Assembly: GCA_965248695.1 (NCBI GenBank)
Contig: CBDFKD010000002.1
Span: 1,056,001-1,120,000 of the forward strand
Direction of reading: 5' to 3'
Source of the DNA: Acidobacteriota bacterium
Lineage (GTDB): Bacteria; Acidobacteriota; UBA890; WLXD01
Length of the DNA: 64,000 nucleotides
Both the position numbers and the translations under genes were made by a program. Shown here piece by piece: positions 1-9,507 of the stretch. Position 1 is the first letter of the stretch. Each line of letters begins with the position of its first letter. The notes below the pieces were generated by a model. It did not search any database, was not told the DNA's origin, and saw only the letters and a list, made by a program, of their open reading frames with translations.

Positions 1-232
1 CCATGCGCGGAACCATGCCGATGATGTCGTCACCGAGCTCGGTCCAGATGCAGATCGGGTGCGCGGACCCGTCATCGTCCACCATGCCGAAGAGGGCGCC
101 GTTAACGGTCGGGTCCTCCTGGTAGGCCATGTAGAGCGGCTCCAGCTCCGCCGCGTCGAAGAGACCCCGAACGATGATGAACCCATCGCGCGCGTACGCC
201 GCAATCTGTTCGTCCGTCAGACGCACGCTCAT
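1..232 (-). CDS. Phytanoyl-CoA dioxygenase (PhyH) family Fe/2OG oxygenase, N-terminal part (runs off the left edge)
   Basis: Manual translation gives MSVRLTDEQIAAYARDGFIIVRGLFDAAEL..., a typical PhyH N-terminus; GGAG RBS upstream. Not in the ORF track. Confidence 0.75.
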   Translation of the reverse strand, partial: MSVRLTDEQIAAYARDGFIIVRGLFDAAELEPLYMAYQEDPTVNGALFGMVDDDGSAHPICIWTELGDDIIGMVPRM

Positions 233-301
233 GGCTCTGCCTCCGTTGGTCCTGGGGGGGGGGGTCGCGTACTCCGCGTGCTGGTGAATCTGGAGCAGGG
301 A

Positions 302-2134
302 CTAGCTCCGGCGATATACCAACCTCGACGCGCCCTGGGATGGCAAGCCTTCGATCCTCACTTCGATGGTCATGACCTGAGTATCGTCGCTCAGCGTCAT
401 CACCTCGCGGACCTGAATGACGGTAACGCCGCGCTGATGCGTACCTTCGTTAACCAGCTCGCCGCCGTCCCATCGCGACGCGATGGTCATCGTGTTCGGC
501 TCGCCATCGTCCGCCAGGATGGGCACGGGGCTCTCGCCACCGATGGCGTAGGCGCGCGCCTGGGTGGGGTTGTCCTGGCTCGACAGCAGCAGCGTACCGT
601 TCGCAGCCTGGGTGACGAACAGAACTAGCGGCGCGCCGGCGTCGCCGAGACCGGCGAGCGCGGCGGTGGTTCCGATCTCGCTGGCGGCGCGATCGAGCTC
701 CCAGATGCCCGAGAGGTCCGGGTGGATACTGGCGCTGGTCGCCGCGGGCGTGGCAGCCCTGCTCGGCGACACGTCGGGTGGAGTCGCCGTCTGTTCGCCG
801 TCGGTCATCGCCGCCGCTGATGAAGCCGCCGTCGACCCAGGCACGCCCAGGTCCAGCGCCACGATCCTTTCGCGATCGCGGGCGTAGAGGGTGGTGCCGA
901 CCAGCGTCGGCACGGTCCACGACACCGTGTCGAAGAGCGGAGCGCGCGCCAGCACGGTCATCCCTTCGGGTGTCATGCGGGCCAGCGCCAGGTCGCCGTC
1001 CTCGTCCATGACGATAAACTTGTTGTCGGCGTATACCAGGCTGGCGCGCTTGAAGCCGCGCTGCTGCCAGGCGGGCTCGCCAGTGCGAACGTCGAGTGCG
1101 GTCATGAACGCCGGCCCGAAGGTTCCGCTGGTTCCGTAGACGTAGCTGCCGCGCCGGATCGGATTGAGAAACATGAACGGTATGCGCGACGTGAACCAGA
1201 GTTCCTCGGTCCGCGTCAGCTCGCCGTCGAGTGTCAAACGCAGTCCGCGGCTTCCCGCTCGGTACCCGGACGACACGACCAGGATGTTGTCGTCTCCCCA
1301 TTGCGGCGCGATCATGTTGAGGTCGTTGCCAGGGTCGTGCGGCACCGCCCACAGCACCCGGCCGTCATCGGGATCGACGCCAACGACGCTGCCGCCGGCC
1401 AGATAGACCAGCTGTGTCTGTCCATCCAGGTTGATGAGCACCGGCGGCGAAGGCGAGAACAGAAAGTCGCCGCCGCGCCACACCACGGCGCCATCGCGCT
1501 GCCGGAACGCCATGAGCGACTGTCCGGGTCCACCCACCGGGACGATCACGGTGTCGTTGTACGCGATGGGGCTATTGCCGTATCCCGACTTGACGATCGC
1601 CCGGATGAGGTTGGGCGGAGCGTCGAAGTCGGCGACCAGGTCATGCGACCAGAGCACCTCGCCAGTGCGCTTGTCGAGCGCGAAAAGCTGCTTGTTGGTG
1701 CCGGCAGCGAACAGACGGTCGCCGACCAGCAGCGGCGTAGCGTGCGGGCCGGCGCCGAAATCGAAGTTCTCGTGTCCCGATGGGTAGGTGTGCTCCCAGA
1801 TCGTTGCACCGTCAGAGGCATCGAGGGCAACGATGATCTCCTCCTCATCCCACGGCCCACCGCGATCCGCTCCGTTGCCGACGCGATATTGCGTAAACAG
1901 GCGCCCGTCTTCGGCGAGGATCGCCGAGTGACCGGTGCCGAGCGCACGGCTCCAGAGCACCGGGGGACCTTCTGCGGGCCAGCTGTCGGCAAGGCCGGTG
2001 ACCTCGGAGACGAAGTCGCGTCCCGGTCCACCCCACTGACGCCACCCCTCCGTCTCCTGCAACGGAGAGGCGAGGGATGCCAGACCGGCGAGGGTCGCAG
2101 CGCCGACAGCGGCGACGACGAATGAGTTCCGCAT
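302..2134 (-). CDS. Secreted PQQ-binding-like beta-propeller protein (BamB-like repeats) with an extra C-terminal domain
   Basis: Signal peptide, WRQWGGPGRD start of mature domain, repeated 'ALDxxxGxxxW' tryptophan-docking motifs, Ala/Thr linker, then a 'PDLSGIWELD' beta domain. Confidence 0.8.
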   Translation of the reverse strand: MRNSFVVAAVGAATLAGLASLASPLQETEGWRQWGGPGRDFVSEVTGLADSWPAEGPPVLWSRALGTGHSAILAEDGRLFTQYRVGNGADRGGPWDEEEIIVALDASDGATIWEHTYPSGHENFDFGAGPHATPLLVGDRLFAAGTNKQLFALDKRTGEVLWSHDLVADFDAPPNLIRAIVKSGYGNSPIAYNDTVIVPVGGPGQSLMAFRQRDGAVVWRGGDFLFSPSPPVLINLDGQTQLVYLAGGSVVGVDPDDGRVLWAVPHDPGNDLNMIAPQWGDDNILVVSSGYRAGSRGLRLTLDGELTRTEELWFTSRIPFMFLNPIRRGSYVYGTSGTFGPAFMTALDVRTGEPAWQQRGFKRASLVYADNKFIVMDEDGDLALARMTPEGMTVLARAPLFDTVSWTVPTLVGTTLYARDRERIVALDLGVPGSTAASSAAAMTDGEQTATPPDVSPSRAATPAATSASIHPDLSGIWELDRAASEIGTTAALAGLGDAGAPLVLFVTQAANGTLLLSSQDNPTQARAYAIGGESPVPILADDGEPNTMTIASRWDGGELVNEGTHQRGVTVIQVREVMTLSDDTQVMTIEVRIEGLPSQGASRLVYRRS

Positions 2135-2306
2135 GAGCTTTCCGTGGTTGGTTCGGAAGGTCAGTTCCGGTAGCGCCAGAGCGTACTCTACGCGCGCCAC
2201 GCCGGGCGAACGACACCGTACAAGCAAACCGGTGTTCGGCGCACGGGCATCGACTATGCTGGTTGGAGGTATCCGACCTGGTCACCCTCTTCAAGCAGGG
2301 CCCGCA

Positions 2307-2684
2307 ATGCATGATCGACAATTGCGCATCGTCAGCCTGGCGTTGCTGGTCGGGCTCTCGATAGGCGCCGTTGGACCGCACGCGCACGGACTCGGGGCAC
2401 CTGACGACGGTTGCCTGTGCCGATGTGACACCGGTGCCGCCGATTCGGCGACCACCACCAGCACACTAGACCATCCACAACCGGCCGCCTGGCGCGCTTC
2501 AGCACCCCAGGTCGCCCCGTCCGCGCCGCTCGCCGCCGCGCCGGTAGTCCGCCGGTCGCCGCCTGATCGCGACGACGCTTTTCGATTCGTCGATTCGCTG
2601 GTCCGAGAATCCAGCCCCGTGAACGACGTTTGCTCGAGATCGTCGGATCTTCAAGGATCCGACCACGGCAGGGTCACTTCCTGA
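2307..2684 (+). CDS. Small leader/upstream ORF, DUF2946/CruR-like (hydrophobic N-terminus, HAH, CLCRC, Pro/Ala linker, RRSPP)
   Basis: Motif order resembles DUF2946 proteins found upstream of TonB-dependent receptors; its TGA overlaps the TBDT ATG (TGATG at 2682-2686). Confidence 0.55.
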   Translation: MHDRQLRIVSLALLVGLSIGAVGPHAHGLGAPDDGCLCRCDTGAADSATTTSTLDHPQPAAWRASAPQVAPSAPLAAAPVVRRSPPDRDDAFRFVDSLVRESSPVNDVCSRSSDLQGSDHGRVTS

Positions 2685-4984
2685 TGAAGCACCGATTGAT
2701 CACCATGACGCTCGCCATCAGCCTCGCGCTGATGGCAGCCGCGACGACTTACGCCCAGGAATCCGGCGTCGTCGAAGGCACGGTCACGCTGGAGAACACC
2801 GGCAGTGCGCTTCATGGTGCTCGCGTTCTTCTCATCGACCTGGGTCGCTCGACGTTGACCGACGAGAACGGCACCTTCCGATTCGATGGCGTGCCCGCCG
2901 GGGTCCATGAGCTACTGGCGGTGCGCGAGCACCTGCAGGCAATCCGCCAGGCCGTCAACGTAACCGCCGGCGCCATCGCCACGGTCGATTTTGCCCTGAC
3001 GCTGGCAGCCGTTCACGAGGAGGTAACGGTAACCGCCACCGGCCGAGAGACCACCGCATTCGACGCCTTCAACACCGTGCAGGCGCTCGACTCCATCGAC
3101 CTGGCGCAGAACATGGCGGGGACACTGGGCGAGCTTCTGGAGAACGAGCCGGGGGTCGCCAAGCGGAGCTTCGGTCCCGGCTCGAGCCGGCCGATTATTC
3201 GTGGCTTCGACAACGATCGTGTGCTGCTGATGCAGGACGGCGTTCGCACCGGCGACCTCTCGAGTCAATCCGGAGACCACGGTGCCAGCGTCGACCCGGG
3301 GGCGCTGCACCGCGTCGAGATCCTCAAGGGACCCGCCACACTGCTGTATGGATCGAACGCCATCGGTGGCGTGGTGAACACAATCTCTCCCCAGCAGCAG
3401 TTCTACGAGGATCCACCGAACGAGCTTCGTGGCCAGGTGAACGCCGACCTGGGCTCGACCAACGATCAGGCCGGTGGCAACGCCAACTTCCAATACGGCC
3501 GCGGCCGTTTCATGGCCTGGTTCGGCGGCGGCGGTCGACGGACGGGCGAGTACGGCACCCGCGAAGGCAAAATCGAGAACTCTCAGACCGAGCAGATGAA
3601 CGGACGCCTCGGCGTCGGATGGTTCGACGACAGCAGCTGGCTATCAGCAAGCTACGAGGTCGAGGACGGTAGCTACGGTGTGCCATTTGCCGGCGAGCTC
3701 GTCGAGCATGGCTCCGAACGCGGCCAGCGACGATCCCGGGGCCGCACCCGGCGCAACGGCGAGGAGGTCCTCATCAACCTCGCCCAGCGCCGCCAGGCGT
3801 TTCGAGTCGAGGGCGGCCTGCGGAATCTGAACGGCAAGTTCGTCGACGGAGTGAAGACCGTCTTCAGCTACGTCGACTGGCACCACGAGGAGATCGAGCA
3901 TTTCGTCGCGACCGGCGAGCGCGAGGTCGGCACCCAGTTCGACAACAAGCACTTCATCGGGCGAATCGAGGTACAACAGAGCCCGGTGGGTCACCTCCAT
4001 GGCCAGTTCGGAATCTGGGGCCAGCGCCGCGACTACATCGCCACCGGTACCGAGGCGCTGGCACCACCAACCAAGCAGAGCTCGTTCGCCGGCTTCGCGT
4101 ATGAGGAGCTCGAGTTCGTGGACTTCAGCATCCAGCTAGGGGGCCGTCTGGAGCACAACAGCTACCGCCCGGAGGCAACGGGTGCCGACGCCTCGTTCGC
4201 CGCCCTCGTGCGGGACCGCCGCTTCACGGGGTTGTCCGGGTCGGTCGGCCTACGGTTGCCGCTCTCCAACGACCGCGCCGCCCTGGTGGCCAGCTTCAGC
4301 AGCTCGTACCGGGCACCATCGCTGGAGGAGCTCTACAATTTCGGACCGCATGTCGGGAACCTGGCTTTCGAGATCGGCAACCCCGACCTCGGACCCGAGC
4401 GCTCCAACGGCGGCGAGCTCAGCTTGCGGCTCAACACCGGCCGCATCCACGGGCAGGCGAGCGTCTTCTACTACGACATCCGCAACTTCATCTTCGGTGC
4501 CCCGACCGGCACTGTGATCGAGGGGCTCAACGAGCTCCAGTTCGCACAGAGCAACGCACGGTTTGTCGGCGCCGATCTGGGGCTCAGCTTCCACATCAGC
4601 AACCAGTGGAGGTTGCATGTCGGCGGAGACATCGTTGACGCCAAGCTCACGGGAGCCGATCAGCCGCTGCCACGAATCCCGCCGTTGAGCGCCCGTCTCG
4701 CACTGGACTGGACGCCGCTGTCTGGGCTACAGCTACGACCCGAGCTGATCGTCGCGTCCGAACAGAACCGGGTCTTCGCCGACGAGACGCCAACCGACGG
4801 TTACGCGACGGCCAACTTTATGGCGTCGTACACGCTCGCCGGCTCCAAGATCATGCACATCTTCACGCTCAAGGGCACCAACCTCGGCGATACGCTCTAC
4901 CGGAACCACACGTCGTTCATCAAGAACCAGGCGCCCGAGATAGGACGCCGCATTCTCCTGACCTATGCGCTGCGCATATTCTGA
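2684..4984 (+). CDS. TonB-dependent receptor, ZnuD-like metal transporter, with N-terminal carboxypeptidase-regulatory-like domain
   Basis: Signal peptide; plug motifs SFGPGSSRPIIRG, GDLSSQSGDH, VEILKGPATLLYGSNAIGGVVN; YRAPSLEELY; C-terminal Phe. Confidence 0.9.
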   Translation: MKHRLITMTLAISLALMAAATTYAQESGVVEGTVTLENTGSALHGARVLLIDLGRSTLTDENGTFRFDGVPAGVHELLAVREHLQAIRQAVNVTAGAIATVDFALTLAAVHEEVTVTATGRETTAFDAFNTVQALDSIDLAQNMAGTLGELLENEPGVAKRSFGPGSSRPIIRGFDNDRVLLMQDGVRTGDLSSQSGDHGASVDPGALHRVEILKGPATLLYGSNAIGGVVNTISPQQQFYEDPPNELRGQVNADLGSTNDQAGGNANFQYGRGRFMAWFGGGGRRTGEYGTREGKIENSQTEQMNGRLGVGWFDDSSWLSASYEVEDGSYGVPFAGELVEHGSERGQRRSRGRTRRNGEEVLINLAQRRQAFRVEGGLRNLNGKFVDGVKTVFSYVDWHHEEIEHFVATGEREVGTQFDNKHFIGRIEVQQSPVGHLHGQFGIWGQRRDYIATGTEALAPPTKQSSFAGFAYEELEFVDFSIQLGGRLEHNSYRPEATGADASFAALVRDRRFTGLSGSVGLRLPLSNDRAALVASFSSSYRAPSLEELYNFGPHVGNLAFEIGNPDLGPERSNGGELSLRLNTGRIHGQASVFYYDIRNFIFGAPTGTVIEGLNELQFAQSNARFVGADLGLSFHISNQWRLHVGGDIVDAKLTGADQPLPRIPPLSARLALDWTPLSGLQLRPELIVASEQNRVFADETPTDGYATANFMASYTLAGSKIMHIFTLKGTNLGDTLYRNHTSFIKNQAPEIGRRILLTYALRIF

Positions 4985-4994
4985 GGACACCGGC

Positions 4995-7274
4995 ATGTTC
5001 CCCTGTCGTCCCGGCCGACTCGCTGTAGCGACACTCGTCGCATCAATCGCCCTGGCGGCGAGCCCCGCCACGAGCCAGACAGCCTCCCGCACCTCCGGAC
5101 TCACGCTGGACTCCATCTTCTCGGGGGACACCTACCGAGTCGATCGGTTCGGCCCGGCGCGCTGGCTGGACGGTGACAGCTACACCACCGTGGAGGCATC
5201 CGCGCGCCAGTCCGGCGCTGAGGACATCGTGCGCTACGACGCCGCTACCGGCGAGCGACGCGTGCTGGTAGGCGCAGAGCGGCTCATTCCCGAGTTCAAC
5301 CGCGAACAACCGCTGTCGATCGACGACTACGACTGGTCGCCCGACGGCCGTCTGCTGCTCATCTTCACCAACTCGCAGCGTGTCTGGCGCCAGAACACGC
5401 GCGGGGACTACTGGGTGCTGAATCTCGATTCCGACGACCTGACCAAGGTCGGCAGCCCGACGCGGGACGCTCGGCAGATGTTCGCCAAGTTCTCGCCCGA
5501 CTCCAGCCGCATTGCCTACGTGGCGAACAACGATCTTTTCCTGCACGACTTGCGTACGGATGTAGTGACGCGGCTTACCCACGACGGGTCGAGCACCATC
5601 ATCAACGGCACCTTCGACTGGGTGTACGAAGAGGAGCTCGGACTACGCGACGGGTTTCGCTGGAGCCCCGACGGCGCCCACATCGCCTTCTGGCAACTGG
5701 ACCAGTCGCTGGTGCGCAAGTTCACGCTGGCAAACAACACCGACCAGCTGTATCCGGTGCTCACCGAGATTCCGTACCCCAAGGCGGGGGAGGTGAACTC
5801 GGCGGCGCGCCTCGGTGTCATTCCAGCCGGCGGCGGCGACACCGTTTGGGTCACGTTGCCTGGATCGGCGCGCAACAACTACATCGCTCGCATGGAATGG
5901 GCGGCAAGCTCGACCGAGCTCGTGGTTCAGTACCTGAATCGGCGCCAGAACGAGAACACGGTCTATTTGGCCGACACCGGTACCGGCGAGGCCCACCAGG
6001 TACTCGTCGAGACCGATGAGGCCTGGGTCGATGTCCGCAACGACCTGCGCTGGCTAGACAGCGGACGCGCGTTCACCTGGGTGAGCGAGCGCGACGGCTG
6101 GCGACGCGTGTACCGGTTGTCACGCGACGGACGCTCGGTCGTGCCCCTCACCCCGGCCGGCGCCGACATTCTCGGCGTCGTGCGGGTCGACGAGACCACT
6201 GGCTGGCTCTACTACCTGGCCACCCCCGATCCGACCCAGCGCTTCCTCTACCGCGCCAGCCTCGCGCCAGACGGTGGGGATCCGATCGGCGAGGCCCTGA
6301 CCCCGATGGACACCGGCGGCGACCATACGTACGAGGTCTCGCCAGGAGGTCGTTGGGCATTCCACACGTGGTCGAGCTTCTCCACACCACCTCAGGTCGA
6401 GCTGGTGTCGTTACCGGAGCACGCCTCGGTGCGAGTGCTGGTAGACAACGCCGCGCTGCGGCAGCGAATCGAGGCCCTCGGGCTGCCTTCGGTGGAGTTC
6501 TTCCGGGTGCAAGCCGAGCCTGACCTCGAGCTCGACGCCTGGGTGCTCTACCCGCCCGACTTCGACCCCGATCGTAAGTACCCGGTGCTTTTCTTCGTCT
6601 ACGGCGAGCCCGCCGGGCAGACGGTACTCGATCGGTGGCCCGGAGTTCGGATGCTCTGGCACCGCCACATCGCCGAGCTCGGCTACCTGGTAGTCAGCGT
6701 TGACAACCGCGGCACGCCGGCGCCACGCGGTCGCGAATGGCGCAAGATCGTCTACGGTGAGGTGGGCACGCTGGCCTCACAGGATCAGGCCGCCGCGGCG
6801 CGCCAGATCATCGCTACCCACCCCTATGTCGATCCGGAGCGCATCGGTATCTGGGGCTGGAGCGGAGGCGGCTCCATGACCCTCAACGCGATGTTCCGCT
6901 ACCCCGAGATCTACAGTACCGGGATGTCGGTGGCACCGGTGCCCGACCAGCGCTACTACGACACCATCTACCAGGAACGCTACATGGGAACGCCGCAGGG
7001 CAACCCGGACGGCTACCGCAAGGGCTCGCCAATCACCCACGCGCACGGTCTGAGGGGCAACCTCCTGATCGTGCACGGGACCGGCGACGACAACGTCCAC
7101 TACCAGGGCACGGAAGCACTGATCAACCGCCTCGTATCGGCCGGCAAGCACTTCACCATGATGGCCTACCCGAACCGTACGCACGGCATCTCCGAGGGCG
7201 CCGGAACGACCCGGCATCTGTACGGTCTGCTGACCCGCTACCTGACCGACAACCTGGCTGCTGGCCCACGCTAG
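4995..7274 (+). CDS. S9B dipeptidyl peptidase IV family serine peptidase
   Basis: DWVYEEE motif, YPKAG, GWSGGG nucleophile, DDNVH and C-terminal His of the catalytic triad; signal peptide. Confidence 0.93.
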   Translation: MFPCRPGRLAVATLVASIALAASPATSQTASRTSGLTLDSIFSGDTYRVDRFGPARWLDGDSYTTVEASARQSGAEDIVRYDAATGERRVLVGAERLIPEFNREQPLSIDDYDWSPDGRLLLIFTNSQRVWRQNTRGDYWVLNLDSDDLTKVGSPTRDARQMFAKFSPDSSRIAYVANNDLFLHDLRTDVVTRLTHDGSSTIINGTFDWVYEEELGLRDGFRWSPDGAHIAFWQLDQSLVRKFTLANNTDQLYPVLTEIPYPKAGEVNSAARLGVIPAGGGDTVWVTLPGSARNNYIARMEWAASSTELVVQYLNRRQNENTVYLADTGTGEAHQVLVETDEAWVDVRNDLRWLDSGRAFTWVSERDGWRRVYRLSRDGRSVVPLTPAGADILGVVRVDETTGWLYYLATPDPTQRFLYRASLAPDGGDPIGEALTPMDTGGDHTYEVSPGGRWAFHTWSSFSTPPQVELVSLPEHASVRVLVDNAALRQRIEALGLPSVEFFRVQAEPDLELDAWVLYPPDFDPDRKYPVLFFVYGEPAGQTVLDRWPGVRMLWHRHIAELGYLVVSVDNRGTPAPRGREWRKIVYGEVGTLASQDQAAAARQIIATHPYVDPERIGIWGWSGGGSMTLNAMFRYPEIYSTGMSVAPVPDQRYYDTIYQERYMGTPQGNPDGYRKGSPITHAHGLRGNLLIVHGTGDDNVHYQGTEALINRLVSAGKHFTMMAYPNRTHGISEGAGTTRHLYGLLTRYLTDNLAAGPR

Positions 7275-7375
7275 CCGCGCACGCGTCGTTGGAGAACCCG
7301 GCTCGGAACTGGCAGGTCCTGGAATACGAGCCAGTGGTCGCCGAGCGGCGATTACCGACCAGTTGACCGGCGCCG

Positions 7376-8515
7376 TTATGCTGTGGCGCGTCTGGGTTGC
7401 GGGCGCCGCCACCGGAGCAATCGACTAGCACGATGCCGCATTTGTCGAGCGGCCGGCAACACCGACAGAAGCGCTGCTCCGGCAACCCCGCGCGTCGCGG
7501 CCAGGATAGTGGCCATCGGGCGCGATTCCGGCCAGTAGCGCAACAAGCACGGGCTGGCGTCGGAGCCGCTATCAACCGAGGTCATCGCTGCGTCCTGGTG
7601 CGCCATGCGCAGGACCTCGAGCGTGTTGAAGATGCCCGGCGAAGCGTTGGCGAAGGCCGGCGCATGCGCCACCTTGAACCCGAACACAGTTGAGCCGTCG
7701 ACCAGGTTCGCGGTGATCGACACCGGCTGGTCGTCGACGCTTACCTCGACGAAGAACAGCTCGTCGCGGGAGGCGAGGTTGCGACTGATGGCGCGGAAGA
7801 AAGCGTGCTCGCTCGGTGTTGACTGAATCGCAGTGCCCGCCCGACCCTTCCAACCGTCCGCCTCAAGCGCGAGAAAGCGAGATAGGAGATCGGAATCGTC
7901 CAGACAACGATGTAGTCGCACGTCCAGGCTGCCGGCAGCCTCGAGCTTGCGTCGGCTGCGCCGGTACTCGCGGCGCGTCCGGGGCGAAAGACTGGCGAGC
8001 CAGTCGCCATCCCTCCCGGCGACGGTCATGGCGGCGCGCTAATATTCGTACCGGGGCCACCATCGGCGACCGGCCTCCTCCAGTTGCCGTCGCAACAACT
8101 TCCACGCCAGTGAGTCGAGCTCCATGCTCTCCCACTGGACCATCGACCAGGGGCCCCGAGCGGCCCACTCCCAAATCGCGGCCACGGCTTCGCGCGCCAG
8201 CTCGCCATGGAGCAACGGAGTGGAGGAGTACACCAGGTTCGATCCGCAGGAAGGCAGCACGGTCATGGCGCCCTGCCGCCTCGGATCACCGAAAGGAACA
8301 ACCGCCAGAAGGGTTCGGATACCGGCACTCAGGCGATAAACGAAGGCGACGGTGGTATCGCCGCGGCAGTGGCGGTACAGCTCGCTGAGAAAGGCCGGCG
8401 ACGAGTACACGTTGTCCTCGAGCCGGACGTCGTGCAGATCCCACCAGGCACTGAGGTGGGGCTCAATCTCCTGGCTCGACCGGGCCAGGACAACGTTGAA
8501 CCGTGGAGAGCTCAT
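7376..8515 (-). pseudogene. GNAT acetyltransferase (CelD/BcsL-like) interrupted by an in-frame TAG at 8039-8041
   Basis: ORFs 8039-8515 and 7376-8029 are in the same frame (...PRYEY*RAAMTV...); second half has FLALEADGWKGRAGTA and FKVAHAPAFANASPG motifs. Confidence 0.7.
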
Positions 8516-8768
8516 GGCATCGATGACGGGTGACAGACAAGTCGCGATCGGTCCAAGGTAGGCGACCGCCGGCCAGGATCGCCAGCAGCGCCCGAATGGT
8601 CGTCGGTCAGGCATGGGCTCCTGTGCCCACCCGATGCCCGTGGTAGCGGCGCTTGAACTACACGGCTGTGGCCCAACCGGCTGGTATGGTGACGTCCGCG
8701 CACGGTTCAACGACCACCGCCCGTTCCCACGCTGCCGGCTGTTCACGGCGCCAGATACGAGGGAGACG

Positions 8769-9252
8769 ATGTCCGAAAGCACGCTAGTTCATGAAGGAAG
8801 CTGCGAGTGTGGAGCCGTGAAGGTGGTCGCCACGGGTGACCCGGTCGTCTCCGGATATTGCCACTGTGATTCGTGTCGCCGGTGGCATACCGCCCCGGTG
8901 AACGCATGGGCCGGGTGGGTCGCCGACGCGGGTTGTGGTCACGCAGGGCGAGGACCAGATCCTCGAGTACGACAACCGCGAGCTGGGCGGCGGGAGCGTG
9001 CGGGGCGCCTGTCAGCGATGCGGCTCGGGGGTGTTGAACCGCACCCGAAGCGGATTCACGGTCGTGTACCCGTCAGCACTCGCTGGAACCGACTACTTGC
9101 ATCAACCAACCATGCACCTCTACTACCGTGAGCGGGTACTCGACATGCAGGACGGTCTACCGAAGTTCGCCGATCTGCCGGCCGAGCTTGGCGGCTCGGG
9201 CGAGTTGATCGAGGAACCATCTCGCACCGGTCCAGCCCACCAGCACGACTGA
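8769..9252 (+). pseudogene. GFA/CENP-V family zinc protein, frameshifted near 8931
   Basis: GSCECGAV, CHCDSCRR in one frame; CQRCGS, PTMHLYYRERVLDMQDGLPKF in the next frame; extra G at GACGCGGGTTGTG. Confidence 0.8.
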
Positions 9253-9253
9253 A

Positions 9254-9502
9254 ATGCGGTCCTGGCTCACCGAAAAGGACCGCCGCCGCCGGGCGGGCTC
9301 AAAGGGGCGCCTGGGCCTGGCGTGCGCGCTTGTCCTGACTCCCACATTGATCCCCTCGGCGGCTGGCGGCGAGCCACAGACACCCTCTGCCGTGAGTACT
9401 CATCAGGAGAATGACACCGCGGTCCGGCCTTTCGAGATCGCCGTCGACCAGGCGGTTCTCGGCGATCTCCGCGAAAGGCTCACCAGCGCGCGCTTCCCCG
9501 AT
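9254..9502 (+). pseudogene. Epoxide hydrolase N-terminal (EHN) fragment truncated by IS3
   Basis: Signal peptide followed by VRPFEIAVDQAVLGDLRERLTSARFPD, cut exactly at the IS end (9503). Confidence 0.75.
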
Positions 9503-9507
9503 TGGAG

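Noticed and set aside
8039-8041. Genome-wide TAG recoding
   Set aside because: TAG ends many intact genes at their expected C-termini (e.g. 7274, 13537, 27176, 49559)
8925-8940. Programmed frameshift in the GFA gene (and in the Hyi-like gene near 31592)
   Set aside because: No slippery heptamer; single-base indels from sequencing error or decay are simpler
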